The notes below the pieces were generated by a model. The model was given only the letters and a program-made list of their open reading frames with translations. It ran no database searches and had not been told where the DNA came from. A stretch of 64,000 nucleotides of DNA from Stegostoma tigrinum (lineage: Eukaryota). The stretch lies in NCBI RefSeq assembly GCF_030684315.1, contig NC_081362.1:95711187-95775186 (forward strand), written 5' to 3'. The position numbers and the translations under genes are program-made. This document shows positions 1-14,400 of this stretch, piece after piece (position 1 is the stretch's first letter; each line of letters begins with the position of its first letter).

Positions 1-513
1 TCTATGCCTCTCATTATCTTGTATACCTCAATTAGGTCCCCTCTCCTCCTCCTTTTCTCCAATGAAAAGAGACCGAGCTCAGTCAACCTCTCTTCATAAG
101 ATAAGCCCTCCAGTCCAGGCAGCATCCTGGTAAACCTCCTCTGAACCCTCTCCAAAGCATCCACATCTTTCCTATAACGGGGCGACCAGAACTGGACGCA
201 GTATTCCAAGTGCGGTCTAACCAAAGTTTTATAGAGCTGCAACAAGATCTCACGACTCTTAAACTCAATCCCCCTGTTAATGAAAGCCAAAACACCATAT
301 GCTTTCTTAACAACCCTGTCCACTTGGGTGGCCATTTTAAGGGATCTATGTATCTGCACACCAAGATCCCTCTGTTCCTCCACACTGCCAAGAATCCTAT
401 CCTTAATCCTGTACTCAGCTTTCAAATTCGACCTTCCAAAATGCATCACCTCACATTTATCCAGGTTGAACTCCATCTGCCACCTCTCAGCCCATCTCTG
501 CATCCTGTCAATA
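1..513 (-). mobile_element. CR1-clade (HER1-like) LINE, RT C-terminal fragment
   Basis: Minus-strand frames give CR1 ORF2 C-terminal motifs (LYKTLVRPHLEYCVQFWSP..YRKDVDALERVQRRFTRMLPGL; DKCEVMHFGRSN). Runs off the window start. Confidence 0.85.
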
Positions 514-579
514 ACCTAGAAGGACCAGGGCAGCAGATACATGGTCACGCTACTTCCTCAAGTTCCCCTTGAAACAAAT

Positions 580-2370
580 ATATAAAACAAAAAAAAAGTG
601 GCTAAGGTCAACATTGGTCCTTTAGAGTATGAGAAGGGAGATTTAATAATGGGAAATAAGGAAATAGCTGAGGCATTGAACAGGTATTGTGTGTCGGTCT
701 TCACAGTGGAGGGCACAAGTAACAATGCCAGTAATTGATGACTAGGAGACTAAGGTAAGCGAGGACACAATCATTAACACGAAAGAGGGAGTTTTGGGCA
801 AGATAATGGAGCTAGAAAGTAGACTAGTCTCCTGGCCTTGATAGAATGCACCCCAGGGTACTAAGAGAGATAAGTCGGAGAAATAGCAAACATGCTCGTG
901 GTAATTTTCCAAAATTCACTGGACTCTGGGCAGCTCCAGCAGATTTTTAAACAGTGGTGTCACATTTGCTGTTTTTCAAAGGAGGTAGACAAAATATGGG
1001 GAATTATAAGCTGGCTAGCTTAACTTCTGTGGTGGGGACAATGCTTTCAATTATCAAGGAAGAGACAGCAAGACATCCAAGTGGAAATTGTCCCATTGTG
1101 TAGACACAGCATGGGCTCACAAAAGGCAGGTCATGCTTAACTCACTTACTGTTATTCTATGAGAACGGTATGAGCAGTGGACAACAGGGGCCCAGTAGAT
1201 GTAGTGTAACTGAATTTCCAAAAGGCATTCAACAAGATGCTGCACAGAGGCTGCTGCATAAGATAAAAGGTGTTACGGGCAAGTATTAGCATGGATAAAG
1301 AACTGGTTATTGAACAGAAAGTCAACAGTGGGGATAAATGAGTCCTTTCATGGTTGGCTATCAGTGGCTAGTGGTCTGCTGCAGGGATCAGTGTTGGGGC
1401 CGTAATTGTTTACAATTTACATAGATGATTTGGAGTTGGGAACCATTTGTAGTGTGTCAATGTTTGCAGAGGGATATAGATAGTTTAAGTGAGTAGATAA
1501 AAGGTCTGGCAGATGGAGTACAATGTTGATAAATTTGAAGTCGTCTAATTTGGGAGGAATAAGAGTGAAAAGGACGATTGTTCGAAAAGTAAAAAAAATT
1601 GCAGTATACTGCTGCGCGGAGGGACCGGTGTGTCCTTACTCACGAATTGCAGAAGGTTGGTTTTCAGGTATACCAGGTAATTAAGAAGGCAAATGGAATT
1701 TTGACCGTCATTGCTAGACAGATTGAGTTTAAACACAGGGAGATTATGCTGCAGCTGTATAGGGTGCTGGTGAGGCCACACTTGAAGTACTGTGTGCAGT
1801 TTTGGTCTCTTTACTTAAGAAAGGATGTATTGGCACTGGAAGGGGCGCACAGTAGATTCACTAGGTTGATTCCAGAGTTGACAGCGCTGGCTTATGAGGA
1901 GAGATTGAGTAGACTGCGATTATATTCTTTGGAATTTAGAAGCGTGTTGGGGGGGGGGGGGGAAGAGCTGATCTTATACAAACATGTAAAATTCTTAAGG
2001 GATTAGGTGAGATAGAAGCAGCAAGATAGTTCTAATTTCACCTGCCAGTGGAAACAAAGCAAAAAAAAACAAAGAGGGCACAGCTTCAAATTTGGGTAAG
2101 GCAGATTTAGAACTGAATTGAGGCAGAACTTCTTCAAAGTGTTATGAATCTGTGGAATTCTCTGCACAGAGGTAATAGCTGAAGCTTCCTCACTGAAATG
2201 ATTTTAAAGCTTAGATAGATAATTCATTTACTATTTAAAAAATTAAGAGTTATGCTGAGAGGGTGTGTAAGCGGGACTGAGGCTATGAAAAGATCAGCCA
2301 TGATCTTACTCAATGGCAGAGTGGACTTGAAGGTCCAGATGGCCTACTCCTGTTCCTGGTTCTTACTTTG
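580..2370 (+). mobile_element. Decayed CR1-clade LINE (RT region to 3' tail)
   Basis: ORF 1599-2006 contains LYRVLVRPHLKYCVQFWS..RKDVLALE..RFTRLIPEL. Upstream degenerate RT motifs (aatttccaaaaggcattcaacaag; cagggatcagtgttgggg). Typical tail 'agatcagccatgatct..aatggcagag..ggcctactcctgttcct'. It interrupts an older LINE tail (514-570 continuing at ~2378-2585). Confidence 0.85.
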
Positions 2371-5134
2371 TTGTGAAGCCACTCGTCACCTTGACTTGGA
2401 AGGATATCACTGTTCCTTCATGGATGCTGAGTCAAAATCCTGGAGCTTCCTCCCCTAGGGTCAACCTATAGCAGTCAGACTGCAGTCATTCCAGAAGGCA
2501 GCACACACCTTCTCAAGGGCAACTAGGGATGGGCAATAAATGCTGGGCCTAGCCAGTGACACCCACGTTCTATGAGTAAATAAAAACAGTTGCATGGCTA
2601 ACCTTGGAGCCTGAAGTGTACAGTCCTCTTGCAAGTAGTGGCAGACCCTCAGGAGCGATGTTCACCACCCCCAACATGGACCATCAACCTTCACCTCTTA
2701 CACATGACCTAACCTCAAATCCCTACGCTTAATCCTCCGAAAAGCCACTGCATTCCAGTCCGTACAATGAAACTTGGCTATCTGTCGTTCCGAGTGGTTT
2801 GGAACGTCAGAAGGTGAGCTGTCGTGTTCTAAGTTGTTCAATAAGCAATGATCCAGGTAGCTATGTCAGCACACATTTTGCAGGTCAGTTTGCTATGGCT
2901 GCTTTACAATGCAGAGTGAAACCAACAAGACGGGTTGAACTCCAGCAGCAGCTGAAGTAGCCATGAAGGTCCTGCCTTCACAAGACACAGTGGCCCTCAG
3001 CTTAAACTCACCAGTCATCTCTCGAACAGTCCTGTATGACTGTGGTTATTTTACACATTCTTCCATCATGCAGCACAAGGCTCTGAGATGCAGTGCTGCG
3101 GACAGTGAAGTGTGACCACCTCTAGATGGCAGTCAAAGACAAGATCCTCTTTCTCAGTTTGGTTTGTTCACGCGACGATTCTCCCAGACGTCTACCCAAA
3201 TTCCCAAACTGAAAATCTGAGCAGGTCAGGGGAGACTCAGCACAGATGATGACATTTAAACCAACCAAGACTTTGGTCACCTTCCCTATGAGCCCTTACA
3301 TGACAATGTCAATTTTTTTGATTACCATGCTATGGAATGTACAAGGAGTGTTGCACTACAATTAAAGTTGCTATGTAAATGCAAATAGTTACTGCTGCAT
3401 GACACTTTCATCTTTCAAGCTAAGGTATGGAACAAAAGAATCTGACTCATCGAGCAGTGACACTGATTAAAAAAGGGGAATGCTAAGAGCATTCAAAGTT
3501 GGAGCCAAGGATCATGGTATCAAGCAAAGCAGCTGATTAGGAAATCACTGGTTATCTTGTTTGCAAAATATAGCATTTTATCCACACAAGGTCATTCTAC
3601 TCATTGAGTCAGTGCCAATTCCCAAACAATCACGTACTTCTGCTGCTGTTCCTCCCCACATCCTTCACAACTTCTATTAAACTAAGTGTCAGCATCTAAT
3701 TCACTATTTACAAGTTATTTATGAGTTCTGGCTGCTTGGGTTTTGCTACCATTAGCTGTAGGTCAAAAAACAGGGGAGAGACAGACAAAGCATGAGTGCA
3801 CAATATGCAGGAACTGTTCAGAAATGAAATGAAATCAATAAATCATGACAAATGCCTCTCTTCTGGAATAAAATTATTCCTACTATTCTCAATTATTAGA
3901 TGCAGCCCATTCCTCAGCTATTTGCAGGCCTATTGTGGTGGGGAGAGCGAACAAAGAATGGAAAATGGAACTGTTGATTTCCCAGCACTGACACACAAAC
4001 AGATGGACTCTATTAAAAATCACAGGGTACACCAATGTGCTTCAGGATGCTCAAATAGCTCAACCTTCAACCAGCAAGAGACAAGCCGATGCCAAGATCA
4101 ACAGACAGCCTTAGGAAAAGACGAAGGGAAAAGAGAAACAAAGCAAGCTAGGCAGCCTGTACTGGCGATGTGTCATGTGAATTATATCACATTCTACAGA
4201 ATAAAATTGCAATCCCATCCCTTATCCAATGTTACTTGTAACTTGTGCATCCCTAATAGACAGTGTTCATTCTTGAAGAACACTGCTGAGAACATAAAGA
4301 AGTGTTGATATCTCTTGACACCATAAAGGTATCCTACTCATGCGTTATTGGTGCCATGATGGTGCCTATGCCTAGACCAGCAAGTTGTCTAGCTGCATGA
4401 TTGCTACATCAAGCAGGGTAGCAAGTTGTCCGTCTGAGTCAGGGCTGAACAGGTGCCAGCCATGAAGCAGTAGGACTCACCTCCAAGTCACAAATTCAGG
4501 GGCTCAGGTGTAATTGCAGAGGCTGCAGCAGCAAGTCCAGGCTGGCACTCCCACTGTGTTAGTGAGGGACAGCAACACTGTCAGAGATACCAAACTTTAA
4601 GACAGGAAGTCAAACCCAGCTCCACGTGCTTGCTCGGGAAGACCAAGAGTGCCCCCTGCAGTGTGATCAGACCAATATTTACGATCATGCAACATCACCC
4701 AAAACAGACCATTTGATCATGATAGTATGACTGCTTGTATGCAACTGTTGTGAGAAAATTAACTACTTGCATTTCCTTTCGATTAGAAATGCAACCTCAT
4801 TTCAAAAGCACTTCACACTGGCTGTGAAACACTGAGACACTGACATTTAAAAAAAAATTATGGGGAGGGGAATGTCGCTGGTTAGGGCAGCAGTTACTTC
4901 CGGAGTGCAATCGGCAAGGGTGTGCAATTTCTAGGAGTTAAGGCCAATGGAAGGAGTTTAAGAGCATAAATCTTAATCTTGTACGTTTTTCAAACCTAGA
5001 TCTGTGGAAAAAAGGAAGGGCAGACACTTAAGGGTTGTGTTTTATTTCTTTCAGGCCTGAGGAAAGTTTAAACAATCTCTCCTAGTGCTGTGGCTACTTA
5101 ATCTAGTTAAGCTAATTAAATAAACTGGTTCCTA

Positions 5135-6790
5135 CAGGCCTTATGCTGGGAAGCTAGGGAAGAAATTGCAGAGCCCCTAGCAGAAATATTTATAACATCT
5201 ACAGCTATGGGCGAGGTGTCATAAAACTGGAACGGGCTTATGTTGTGCCATTATTTAAGAAAGGCATCAAGGAAAAACCAGGGAACTACAGATCAGCGAG
5301 CCTTAGCTCAGTGGTGGATAAGTTGTTGGAGGGAATTCCAAGAGTTAGGGTCTACATGTATTTGGAAACGCCAGGACTGGTTAGGGATAGTCAGCATGGC
5401 TTTGTTAATGGGAAATCATGTCTCACTAATTTGATTTGATTTGAGTTTTGAAGAGGTGACCGAGGACATAGATGAAGGCAGAGCAGTAAACATTGTCTTT
5501 ATGGACTTTGGCAAGGCCTTTACCAAGGTTCCACATGGTACACTAGTTAGTAAGGTCAGGTCACATGAAATCCAGCAAGAGCTAGCTAACTGGATAAAAT
5601 ATTAGCTTGATGGCAAGGAGACAGAGGGTGGTGATAGACTGGAGGTCTGTGAACAGTGGTGTGCCTAAAGATTGATGCTGGGTCCTCTGTTGTTCGTCAT
5701 TTACTTAAACGATGTGGATGAGAACACAGAAGGCATAGTTAGTAAGTTTGTTGATGACAAAAATTGGTGTTATAGTGGACAGTGAAGATGGTTATCTAAG
5801 ACTATGGCAGGATCCTGATCAACTGGGCCAATGGGCCAAGAAATGGCAGACAAAGTTTAACTTAGATAAATGAGAGGAGCTGCATTTTACTAAGACTAAA
5901 CCAAGGCAAGGGTTAATAAAAGCTCAAAGAACTGCGGATGCCGTAAATCAGGAACAAAAACAGAAGTTGCTACAAAAGCTCAGAAGGATTAGCAGCACCT
6001 AAAATAAAAAAAAAATCAGAGCTAGCATTTCAGGTCTGGTGACCTTTCCTCAGGACTGTTCCAGTGCTGAGGGTTCAGAGAATGGATCACTGGACCTCAA
6101 ACATTAACTGTGATCTTTTCTTCACAGACGCTGCTAGACCTCCTGAGCTTTTCCAGCAACTTGTTTTTGTTCAAGGCATGATTTACAGTTAACAGTAGGG
6201 CCCTAGGGGGTGTTGTCGAACACAGATCTAGGTGTGCAGATACATAGTTCCTTGAAAGTGGCGTTACAGGTAAACAGGGTGGTGAAGGTGGTATTTGGCA
6301 TGCATGCCTTCATCTGTTAAAGCACCGAGTACAGGAGTTGGGACTTGTTACGGGTGTATAAGACATTGGTAAGGCCACATTTGTAGTACTGTATACAGTT
6401 CCAGTCACCCTGTGAAACAGGTTATTAAACCAGGAAGGACGCAAAGATGATTTGCAAGTATACTACCAAGACAAGAGGGTTTAAATGTATAAGGACAGGG
6501 TGGCAAGACTTTGTCAGTGTAGGAGGCTGAGGAGTGAGCTTATAGAGGTTTATAAAATCGTGAGGTGCATAATAAGGGGAATAGCCATGGTCTTTTGCCA
6601 AGGATAGGGGAGTTGGAAACTAGATGACATAAGTTCAAGGTGAGAAAGAAGAAAGATTTAAAAAGGGAACAGTCCAGGAATCAAGGGTTAAGAGGAAAAT
6701 GTGGGAATACGGTCTTGCGGAACAACGGGTCAACAGTATGCTATTGAATGGCAGAGCAGGCTCAAAGGACTATTCCTGGTCCTATGTCTT
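5135..6790 (+). mobile_element. Decayed CR1-clade LINE
   Basis: PLFKKG..PGNYRS.SL.SVV.KLLE..SQHGFVNGKSCLTNLI (ORF 5245-5439), then MDFGKAF.KVPH and KFVDD motifs and a CR1 tail. Interrupted by the hairpin element at ~5915-6172. Confidence 0.85.
5915..6172. mobile_element. Penelope-derived inverted-repeat short element (family A, hammerhead remnant)
   Basis: Two inverted arms (gaacaaaaacagaagttgc..aaaagctcag / ctgagcttttccagcaacttgtttttgttc). Decayed 'gggtcactggacc.gaaacgttaac' motif in both arms. Confidence 0.65.
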
Positions 6791-8519
6791 ATGGTCTTAA
6801 CACTACATCTCTGCCTCCTGGATTGTGAAAGATGCAACATAAAGAAGTTTCAACCTATATTTTTCTAGTTTTTCCTCCAGGAACTGCTCCATTCCTGACA
6901 ACATGGTAGGACACACCAGCAGACACATGGTCACACATTTCCCATGTGGAAAATCTACCGTCCAGTGCACAACAACCCATACTCAAAATGAAAGTCACTG
7001 ACGGTAATGCAATTAACTTTAAATAGTGCTCTTAACAGATTGCACTCAGTGGGTATCGGGGAGAGATTAAGTTACATCTGTGCTTGGCAGGTCACAATTA
7101 CCCTTGATCTTAACCATGTTATTTTGCATCGAAACAAAATTTGAATGCAGTGCTCAGAATAAATTTCTATTTACACCACTGTATAATTTGCAGTCAGCAA
7201 TCTCTTTAAGCACATGGATCTAATCTTCAGTGACTATTTCTGAACACCTCACAATCTACTATTACAGTTACTCAAAGTGCACTTCCCACCTGTGACTGCA
7301 AGGAGAAACATTGCAAACAGAAACCATAAAATTATTGACACTGCCGTTGAAGAGAATCTCAAGTCTTAAACCAATATTTTAAAACTTGTAAAAAAGTAGC
7401 AATGTGAGGGTGAGAACTAAATTGTCCATAATCAGGCTGGTGGCGGAGTACTCCCGAACCAAGGGCCAATATTCTAGGGTCATGCGTTCAAACCCATCTG
7501 CTGCGACAGGATAAATTTGAATGCAATAGACACATTTGCAATTAAAGCTGGGTCGAGAGTCGATCATGTAACCACTGTTGATTGCCATGAAAACTCATCT
7601 GGTTCACGGACGTCCTTTAGGGAAGGAAATCTGCTTCACTTGGCTTGGTACCAACCAAAGGCTCCACGTGTGTGCCTTTAAATAACTCCGGTCAACAAAC
7701 AAGGTCAGAATCAGTACTGAGAGAAAATAAACAGCTTACACAAATCCAAGGACATGGAGATCCAGTGAACTGGGAGAGATAGGGTTACAGTTTGAGGAGT
7801 TAAAAAGAAAACAACTGAACATAAAAAAAAACCACAATAAAAAAAATACAAATGCTGCGTAAAGACTTGCGAAGGAGTACAAGAAATGGTAAATTAATTA
7901 TGCACTCAAAAAAAAAGATACAGACAAGATCAGCAAGATCTCTGACAGAGGACACAAAAGAAATGGCAGTCTTGTTAAGAGCTATATATACCTAGGGAAC
8001 CTTAAATAAACCTGTTTGAATAATATAAAGTAAAACAGAGGAACTATCGACACTTGTTGCACGTTAAACAGGGAGAAGTGGGACTATCAAATTTACTCAT
8101 GCACAGGAACAGCATGGACATGGCAGACTGAATGGCTTCCTTGAGGGCTGCAACCATTCTACATAATTCCTTCAGAATTTCTGGAACCAGATATTCCCAC
8201 ACCCCAGGACATTTTAAAAATTGGTAGTGACATCCCAGATGCATTAGTCTTGAAAAATTGCCAAAGCTCATTAAATTTAGGAATCATGCATAGCATTGGA
8301 AAATTGCATATGTACATTCACAGAAAACGGTGACACTACAGTCAGGCCACTCCCTAGAAGTTGCACGAATAATGAACAAGGCGATTGTTCAATCTAGGAA
8401 AATGTGCAAACAGATTTAACAAAGGCACGCAATAAAACTTCAGTAAGGTCAGGAAAACCGAATAAATGCTCAGGATTGGTCACAGCAGCAAGTTCAAAAG
8501 TAAGCTCAGAATCAGTGAC

Positions 8520-11420
8520 AAAAGCACATTTTTGGTAGGTGCATGACGTATCCCCTATCACAGAAGATGATCACTTGAGACGTTGCCCCTTGAGAAGGTA
8601 ACAGTAGGCTGATTTCTTGCAAGGCAGTAGTCCATTTGATGTAGAAAGAATCACAATGTCAATCAGAAGGGAACTTCAAGATTTTGACCCAGCAACCCTG
8701 AAGAAACAGTGATATATTTCCAAGTCAGGATGGTGAATGGCTGAGAGATAACTTGTTGGTGGTGAAGTTCCTTGTCCTTCCAGATGAAAGTGCTTGCAGG
8801 TTTGGAAGGTGCTAGCTGAGGATCTTTGGTGAATTTCTGCAATGCATCTTGTAGATAGTACATGCTGCTAAATGTCAGTGGTGGAGGGAGTGGATGTTTG
8901 TGAATGTGATGCCAGTCAGGTGGGTTGCTCGATAGTGTCATGTTTGAGTACCGTTGGACTTACACTCATTTAGGCAAACAGGGAGCATTCCATCATGCTC
9001 TAGACCTTTCCCGTGTAGATGGGCAGCTTTTGAATAGTCAGGATGTGAGATATTTGCTGCAGGATTCCTAGCCTCTAACCTGCTCTTATAGCCACAGGAT
9101 TTATATGCTGAGTCTAGTTCAGTTTCTGGTCAATGACAACTCCCAGGATGTTGATCGTGGGGCACAGAGTAATATTAATTCTGTTGAATGTCAAGGGGTG
9201 ATGGTTGGATTCTCTCTTTTTGGAAATAGTATTTCACACCACATAACTGCTGGCAATGTTACGTGCCAATTGTCAAACCAAACCTGGATATTGTCCAAGT
9301 CTTGCTGCACATTTGGACACGGACTGCTACACTAACTGAAGAGTTGTGAATCGTGACCACCTATGATGGAGGAAAGGTTGCTAATGAAGTAGCTGAAGAT
9401 GGCTGGGCCTAGGACACTCCCCTCAGGAGCTCCCGCAGAGATACCCTGGAGCAGAGATGTGTCAGGTACAATTCCAGCCATTGGAGGGGCTTGCCAGATT
9501 CCTATCGATTCCAGTTTTCCTAGGGCTACCTGATGCCACACATAGTCATATGACCTGGATGTCAAAGGCTGTTGCTCTCACCACACCTGTGGAGTTCAGC
9601 ACTTCTGTCCATTTTGAAACAAGGCAGTAATGAAATTAAGAGCTGAGTGCAAATTGGGCTTCACTGAGCAGGCTATTGCTGAGCAGGTGCTGTTTAATAG
9701 CACTGTCTTTGAGACCTTCCATCACATTCCTGATGTTTGAGAGTAGATGGGATGGTAATTGGATGGTTTGGATTTGTCCTGCTTTTTACGTGCAGGACAT
9801 AACTGTGTAATTTTTCACATTGTCAGGAGATGCCAGTGTTGTAAGTGTACTGGAAGAGCTTGGTTAGGGGAGCAGCAATTCTGGAGCACAAGTTTTCAGT
9901 ACGATTGCCAGAATGTTGTCAGGGCCCATAGCCTTTTTGTGAGTCCAGTGTCTTCAACTGTTTCTTGATATCACGTGGAGTAAACTGAACTATCTGAAAA
10001 CATGTATCCGTAATGCAGGGGACCACTGGACAAGGCCAAGATGGATCATCCATATGGCACTTATAGTTTGATATTGTTGTGAATGCTTCAGGCCTTACTT
10101 TTCGCAGTGGTCTGCTGGGCTCTATCAAGGATGGGGACATTTGTGGAGACTTCCTCCAGGGAGCTGTTTAATTGTCCACCACCATTCACCACTGGATGAT
10201 ACAGGACTGCAGAGCTTAGATCTGATCTGTTGGTAGTGGGATTGCTTAGCTCTGTTTATCACTTGCTGCTTATGCTGTTTGGCGTGCTAGTAGTTCTGTT
10301 CAGTGGCTTCACCAGGTTGTCACCTGAATTTCAGGTACACCTAATGCTGCTCCTAGCATGGCCTCCTGCACTCTCCATTGAAGCAGGGTGATTTCCTTGC
10401 TTGATGGCAATGATTGGGGGGGTGGGTAGAATATGCCAGGCCATGAGGTTACAGATTGTGCTGGAACACAGTTCTGCTGCTGCAGACGGCCCATAGTACA
10501 TGGATTCCCAGTCTTGAGTTGCTACATCTGTTCAAAATCTGTCCCATTTAGCATGGTGACAGTGCCACACAACACCACGAAGGTTATTCTCAATGTTAAG
10601 GGAGGACTTTATCTCCTTAAGACTAGAGGTCACTCTTACTAATAGTGACATGGACACATGCATCTGTAGCTGGCAGATTAGTGTGGATTAGTTAAAAAAA
10701 ATGATTTTCCTTTTTGTCAGTTCCCTCACCACTTGCCACTGATTCAGTCCAGCTGCTAGGTCCTTTACTGACCCAACCGATCAGTAGTGCTGCTGCCAAG
10801 CCACTCTGTAACGGAGACTGAAACCCTCCACCCAGAGTGCATTTTGTACCCTTGCACAGAAGAGTACCAATTCATCACTCAGTGGTGGATATATGGAATG
10901 CTTTGCCCCAGAAGGCAGTGGAGGCCAAGTCTCTAGATACTTTCAAGAAAGAGATGGATAGAGCTCTGAAAGATAGTGGAATCAAGGGTTAAGGCAGGAA
11001 CAGGATACTGATCGTGGATGATCAACCATGATCATAATGAATGGTGGTGCTGGCTCGAAGGGCTGAATGGCCTACTCCTGCACCTATCATCTATTTGTCT
11101 ATTGTATGTGGGTAATCAGCAGGAGGTTTCCTTGGCCATGTTTGACCTGATGCCATGAGGCTTCACAAGGTCCAGAGCCAATGTTGAAGACTCGTACAGC
11201 AACTTTCTCCCAACTGTATACCACTGTACTGCCACCTCAGTGGAACAGGACATATCCAGAGATGGTGTGTGGGGCATCCTCTATAAGGAATGATTCCATG
11301 AGTATAATCATATCAAGCTGTCGCTTGACTGGTCTGTGAGATGGTTCTCCCAATTTTGGCATGAGCCCCCAGATGTCAATGAGAACTTTGTAGGATCAGT
11401 AGGGCTGTTTTCAGTTTGTC
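8520..11420 (-). mobile_element. Decayed non-LTR retrotransposon (CR1-group RT) with nested CR1 tail at ~10857-11105
   Basis: Minus ORFs show RT motifs DYVWHQ.ALGKLESIG and ISAG.P.GSVLGP.IFS.FI, plus IVQFTPRDIKKQLKTLD..KGYGP. The same family's 3' end recurs at ~31750-32210 and ~59775-60510. Confidence 0.75.
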
Positions 11421-14400
11421 ATTTCCAGTGATTTAGAGTCAGAGTCATACATGGACTGTTCCCGTTCTTCGATCCAATTATCCATGGCAACTAGGTACTC
11501 CAAACTTAACTAGTCCCACTTGCATACATTTGGTCCATGTCTTTCTAAACCTTTTCCTGTTCATATACCTGTCCAAATGTCCTTTAATTGTTGTAACTGT
11601 ACCAGTCTCTACCACCTCTTCTGGCAGCTCATTCCATAGATGCACCACCTCTGTGTGAAAAGTTGTCCTCTGGCTCCTTTTAAGTCAGTCATGAGGTACG
11701 TCCAATTTCAGGTCATCTTGCTACATGTTCCGAGACACAGACATCCCATCCCTCCTATATGCTCAATTTTGGGTTTTATGCTAACATTCAAAATTTGGAG
11801 CATGTCATTCGGGTTCCTTGAGACTTCTCTGCTATTCAGTATGATCAGTCTCGCCGAATAAATGAAACAATTTGTAAACATCTTTCTTTGTACTTTCCAC
11901 TACTCTTAATCTGATCTTGTTCAGTGAACCAGTTCAATTTGTGGGGAAAACCGTTAACCATCAGTTGCATGGTCCATGATTACTCCATAATGACCTAATA
12001 ATGTCTGTGTTTATCATGTGGCCATGACGACAAGTTCAACTCAAGAAGGCGAAAAGGTAAGTAACAAAGAAATAAGAGAGTTATTTTAAGGTTTTGCTGA
12101 CTAAGTTCCCACAATCTCCAGCTGGGAGAAACAATTCTAGGCTTCCTTTTCAAATTCTAGTCAAATTATTACAAAAGAGGTTTTCATGAATTCTGGGAAA
12201 TATTTCTGCAGAATTCTTTTTGGGTTAACCCATGGATGTGGGCTTGGCTGGCTAGACCAGCATTTATTGCCTGCCGCTAGCTGCCCCTTGAGAAGGTGGT
12301 GGTGAGCTGACTTCTTGAACTGCTGCAGTCCATGTGCTGTAGGTAGATCCACAATGCCCTTAGAGGGAACTCCAGGATTTTAACCCAGTGACACTGAGGG
12401 AACAGAAATACTTTTCAAAGTCAGAACGGTGAGCAGCTTGGAGGAGAATTTGTAGCTGATATTCTCAAAGTAAGTTATAAGACAATAAGACACAGGAGCA
12501 GAAAGTAAGCCATTCAGCCCATCGAGTCTGCTTTGCCATTCAATAATGGGTGATAAATTCCTCAATCCCATTCTCCTGCTTTCTCTCCGTAACCCTTGAT
12601 AATCAAGAACCTATCAATCTATCTCAGTCTTAAAATGTAATTAGTTTTATCAGAGTTATATAATTTTTCAATCAGCTAAGAACAGGTTAAGACACATTTT
12701 TCACTCATTACAACACCTCACACAATGTAACCTGTTGGTATAAGAAGTTGAAACAATTCAACTAATTTCAGCGATTAATGCAAATTACTTCACTGCAATT
12801 GGTGTGGGTCACAGGACTTAATCCCTCTCCATTACAGATGGCTACCAGGTTAATAAAATAGGCACAAAAATTGCGTGAGCAGAAAGGGAAAGCTCTGTTT
12901 ATGAGGATATGGAGCAAACTGTTTGCGAGTACAGAGAAATGACTCCAATGAGGAGGTGGGCTGTTCAGGGAAGTGAATTAACTACACAACATGAGATTCC
13001 ACAATCAAAAGAAGTCTCCTTTAAAGGAGTACCAGTCTGATAATCAATGTAGAATGGTCTCATTCCACAAACTCAGCACCCACACTATTTTGCCTTGGTG
13101 GCTGCCATTGTTTGTTGCTGCTTAATCACAATGGCCAGTTGGTGGAGGCTGCTGAGATGTTCAACTTGAGAGGAGAAATTCAGGGTCAATATAGAGAAAC
13201 TGTTTCCTTTGGTGGGAGGAGTGCAGAATTGAGTTGGTTGGGGTCAGAACATTAAGATTAGAGCTAGGCCATTCAAGGCTAAGGTCAGAAGACACTTCTT
13301 CAAACAAAGAGTAGTGAATGTCTGGAACTCCTTTTTAAAAAGAGGCATCAAGGATATGGTTCAATTGAAAGTTTCGGAACAGAGATTGATAGATGCCTCG
13401 TGGATGAGTGTTGAGGGACATAGAGCCAAGGCAGGTAACTGTAGTCAAAACACAAAATAAAACAAAGAAATGCTAATGCTAGAAATCTGAAACAGAAATT
13501 GCTATTGCAGAAACTAAGCAGCATCTGTCAAAAGGGAAACAGAATTAACAGAGTTCAGTGATCCTTCCTCAGAACTATAAAGGTGAAAGCTGCTACCAGA
13601 CCTGCTGAGTTTCTCCAGTAATTTGTGTTTCTGTTGCAATCAAAACACAGATCAGCAACAATTAGACCCAGTGGTGAACATGCCGCACCAGATAAATGGT
13701 CTCTTCCTGTTCCAATTTGTTGGGTGTGATCATGCAGTTGTTCCTATGTTTGAATTGAGAGTCACACTTTGTCCTTCAGGTGGTCTGGCTGACGATAGAG
13801 GGCTGGACCATCAGTCCTCATGAATCTGACACAAGCAGGTTGCAAATGTTCCAGTATAGCAACAACCGGTCACACAGCCTGACCAATTAGAGATTCCAAA
13901 AGGTATTTATTCCCAACCAAGCCAATATGTTCTGCAGACCAACAAGGGCAGAATAGAGTGGGAATTGCATTGTTCTCACCAACATATTAGCGATTAACGT
14001 TCAAATCACAATATAGGAGTTAGCAGCTGGAAACAAGTCCATATGAAGAGAATCTGAATTGGTTAGTGCTGTATCACTGGATTTTGAAAGAACGAGAGGG
14101 GAATCCCAGAGAAACCCCAATAAAATTCACACAGGACTGGACAGGGTAAATGCAGAAAGAATGTTCCCAATGACAGCAGATTCTGTGCTGAAAATAGTGC
14201 TGAAACATCAAGCACAGAATTGACTTCCAGGTCCTGAAGTCAATGCCATACATTTAAAAAAAAAACTTACAGGACCACGCAGCTGGATGAAAATCAGAGG
14301 GAACGCTGCCTGTGAGTTCAGAACCTGGGGTTACAGTCCAAGAATATGGGCAGGCCATTTAGGACTGAAATAAGGTGAAATTCCTTCAGCCAGAGTAAAG

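Noticed and set aside
3119-3133. CTCF-like motif cctctagatggcag (similar at ~22494)
   Set aside because: Short motif match only, with no independent support.
7290-7295. Possible 6-nt phase-1 micro-exon on the minus strand (ctccttgcag|TCACAG|gtggga)
   Set aside because: Weak donor; such matches occur by chance; needs RNA evidence.
14271-14309. Possible 39-nt minus-strand exon ending in gtaagt
   Set aside because: Poor acceptor lying at a LINE junction. Its similarity to 55880-55902 is explained by the common 'ttcatccagct' repeat motif.
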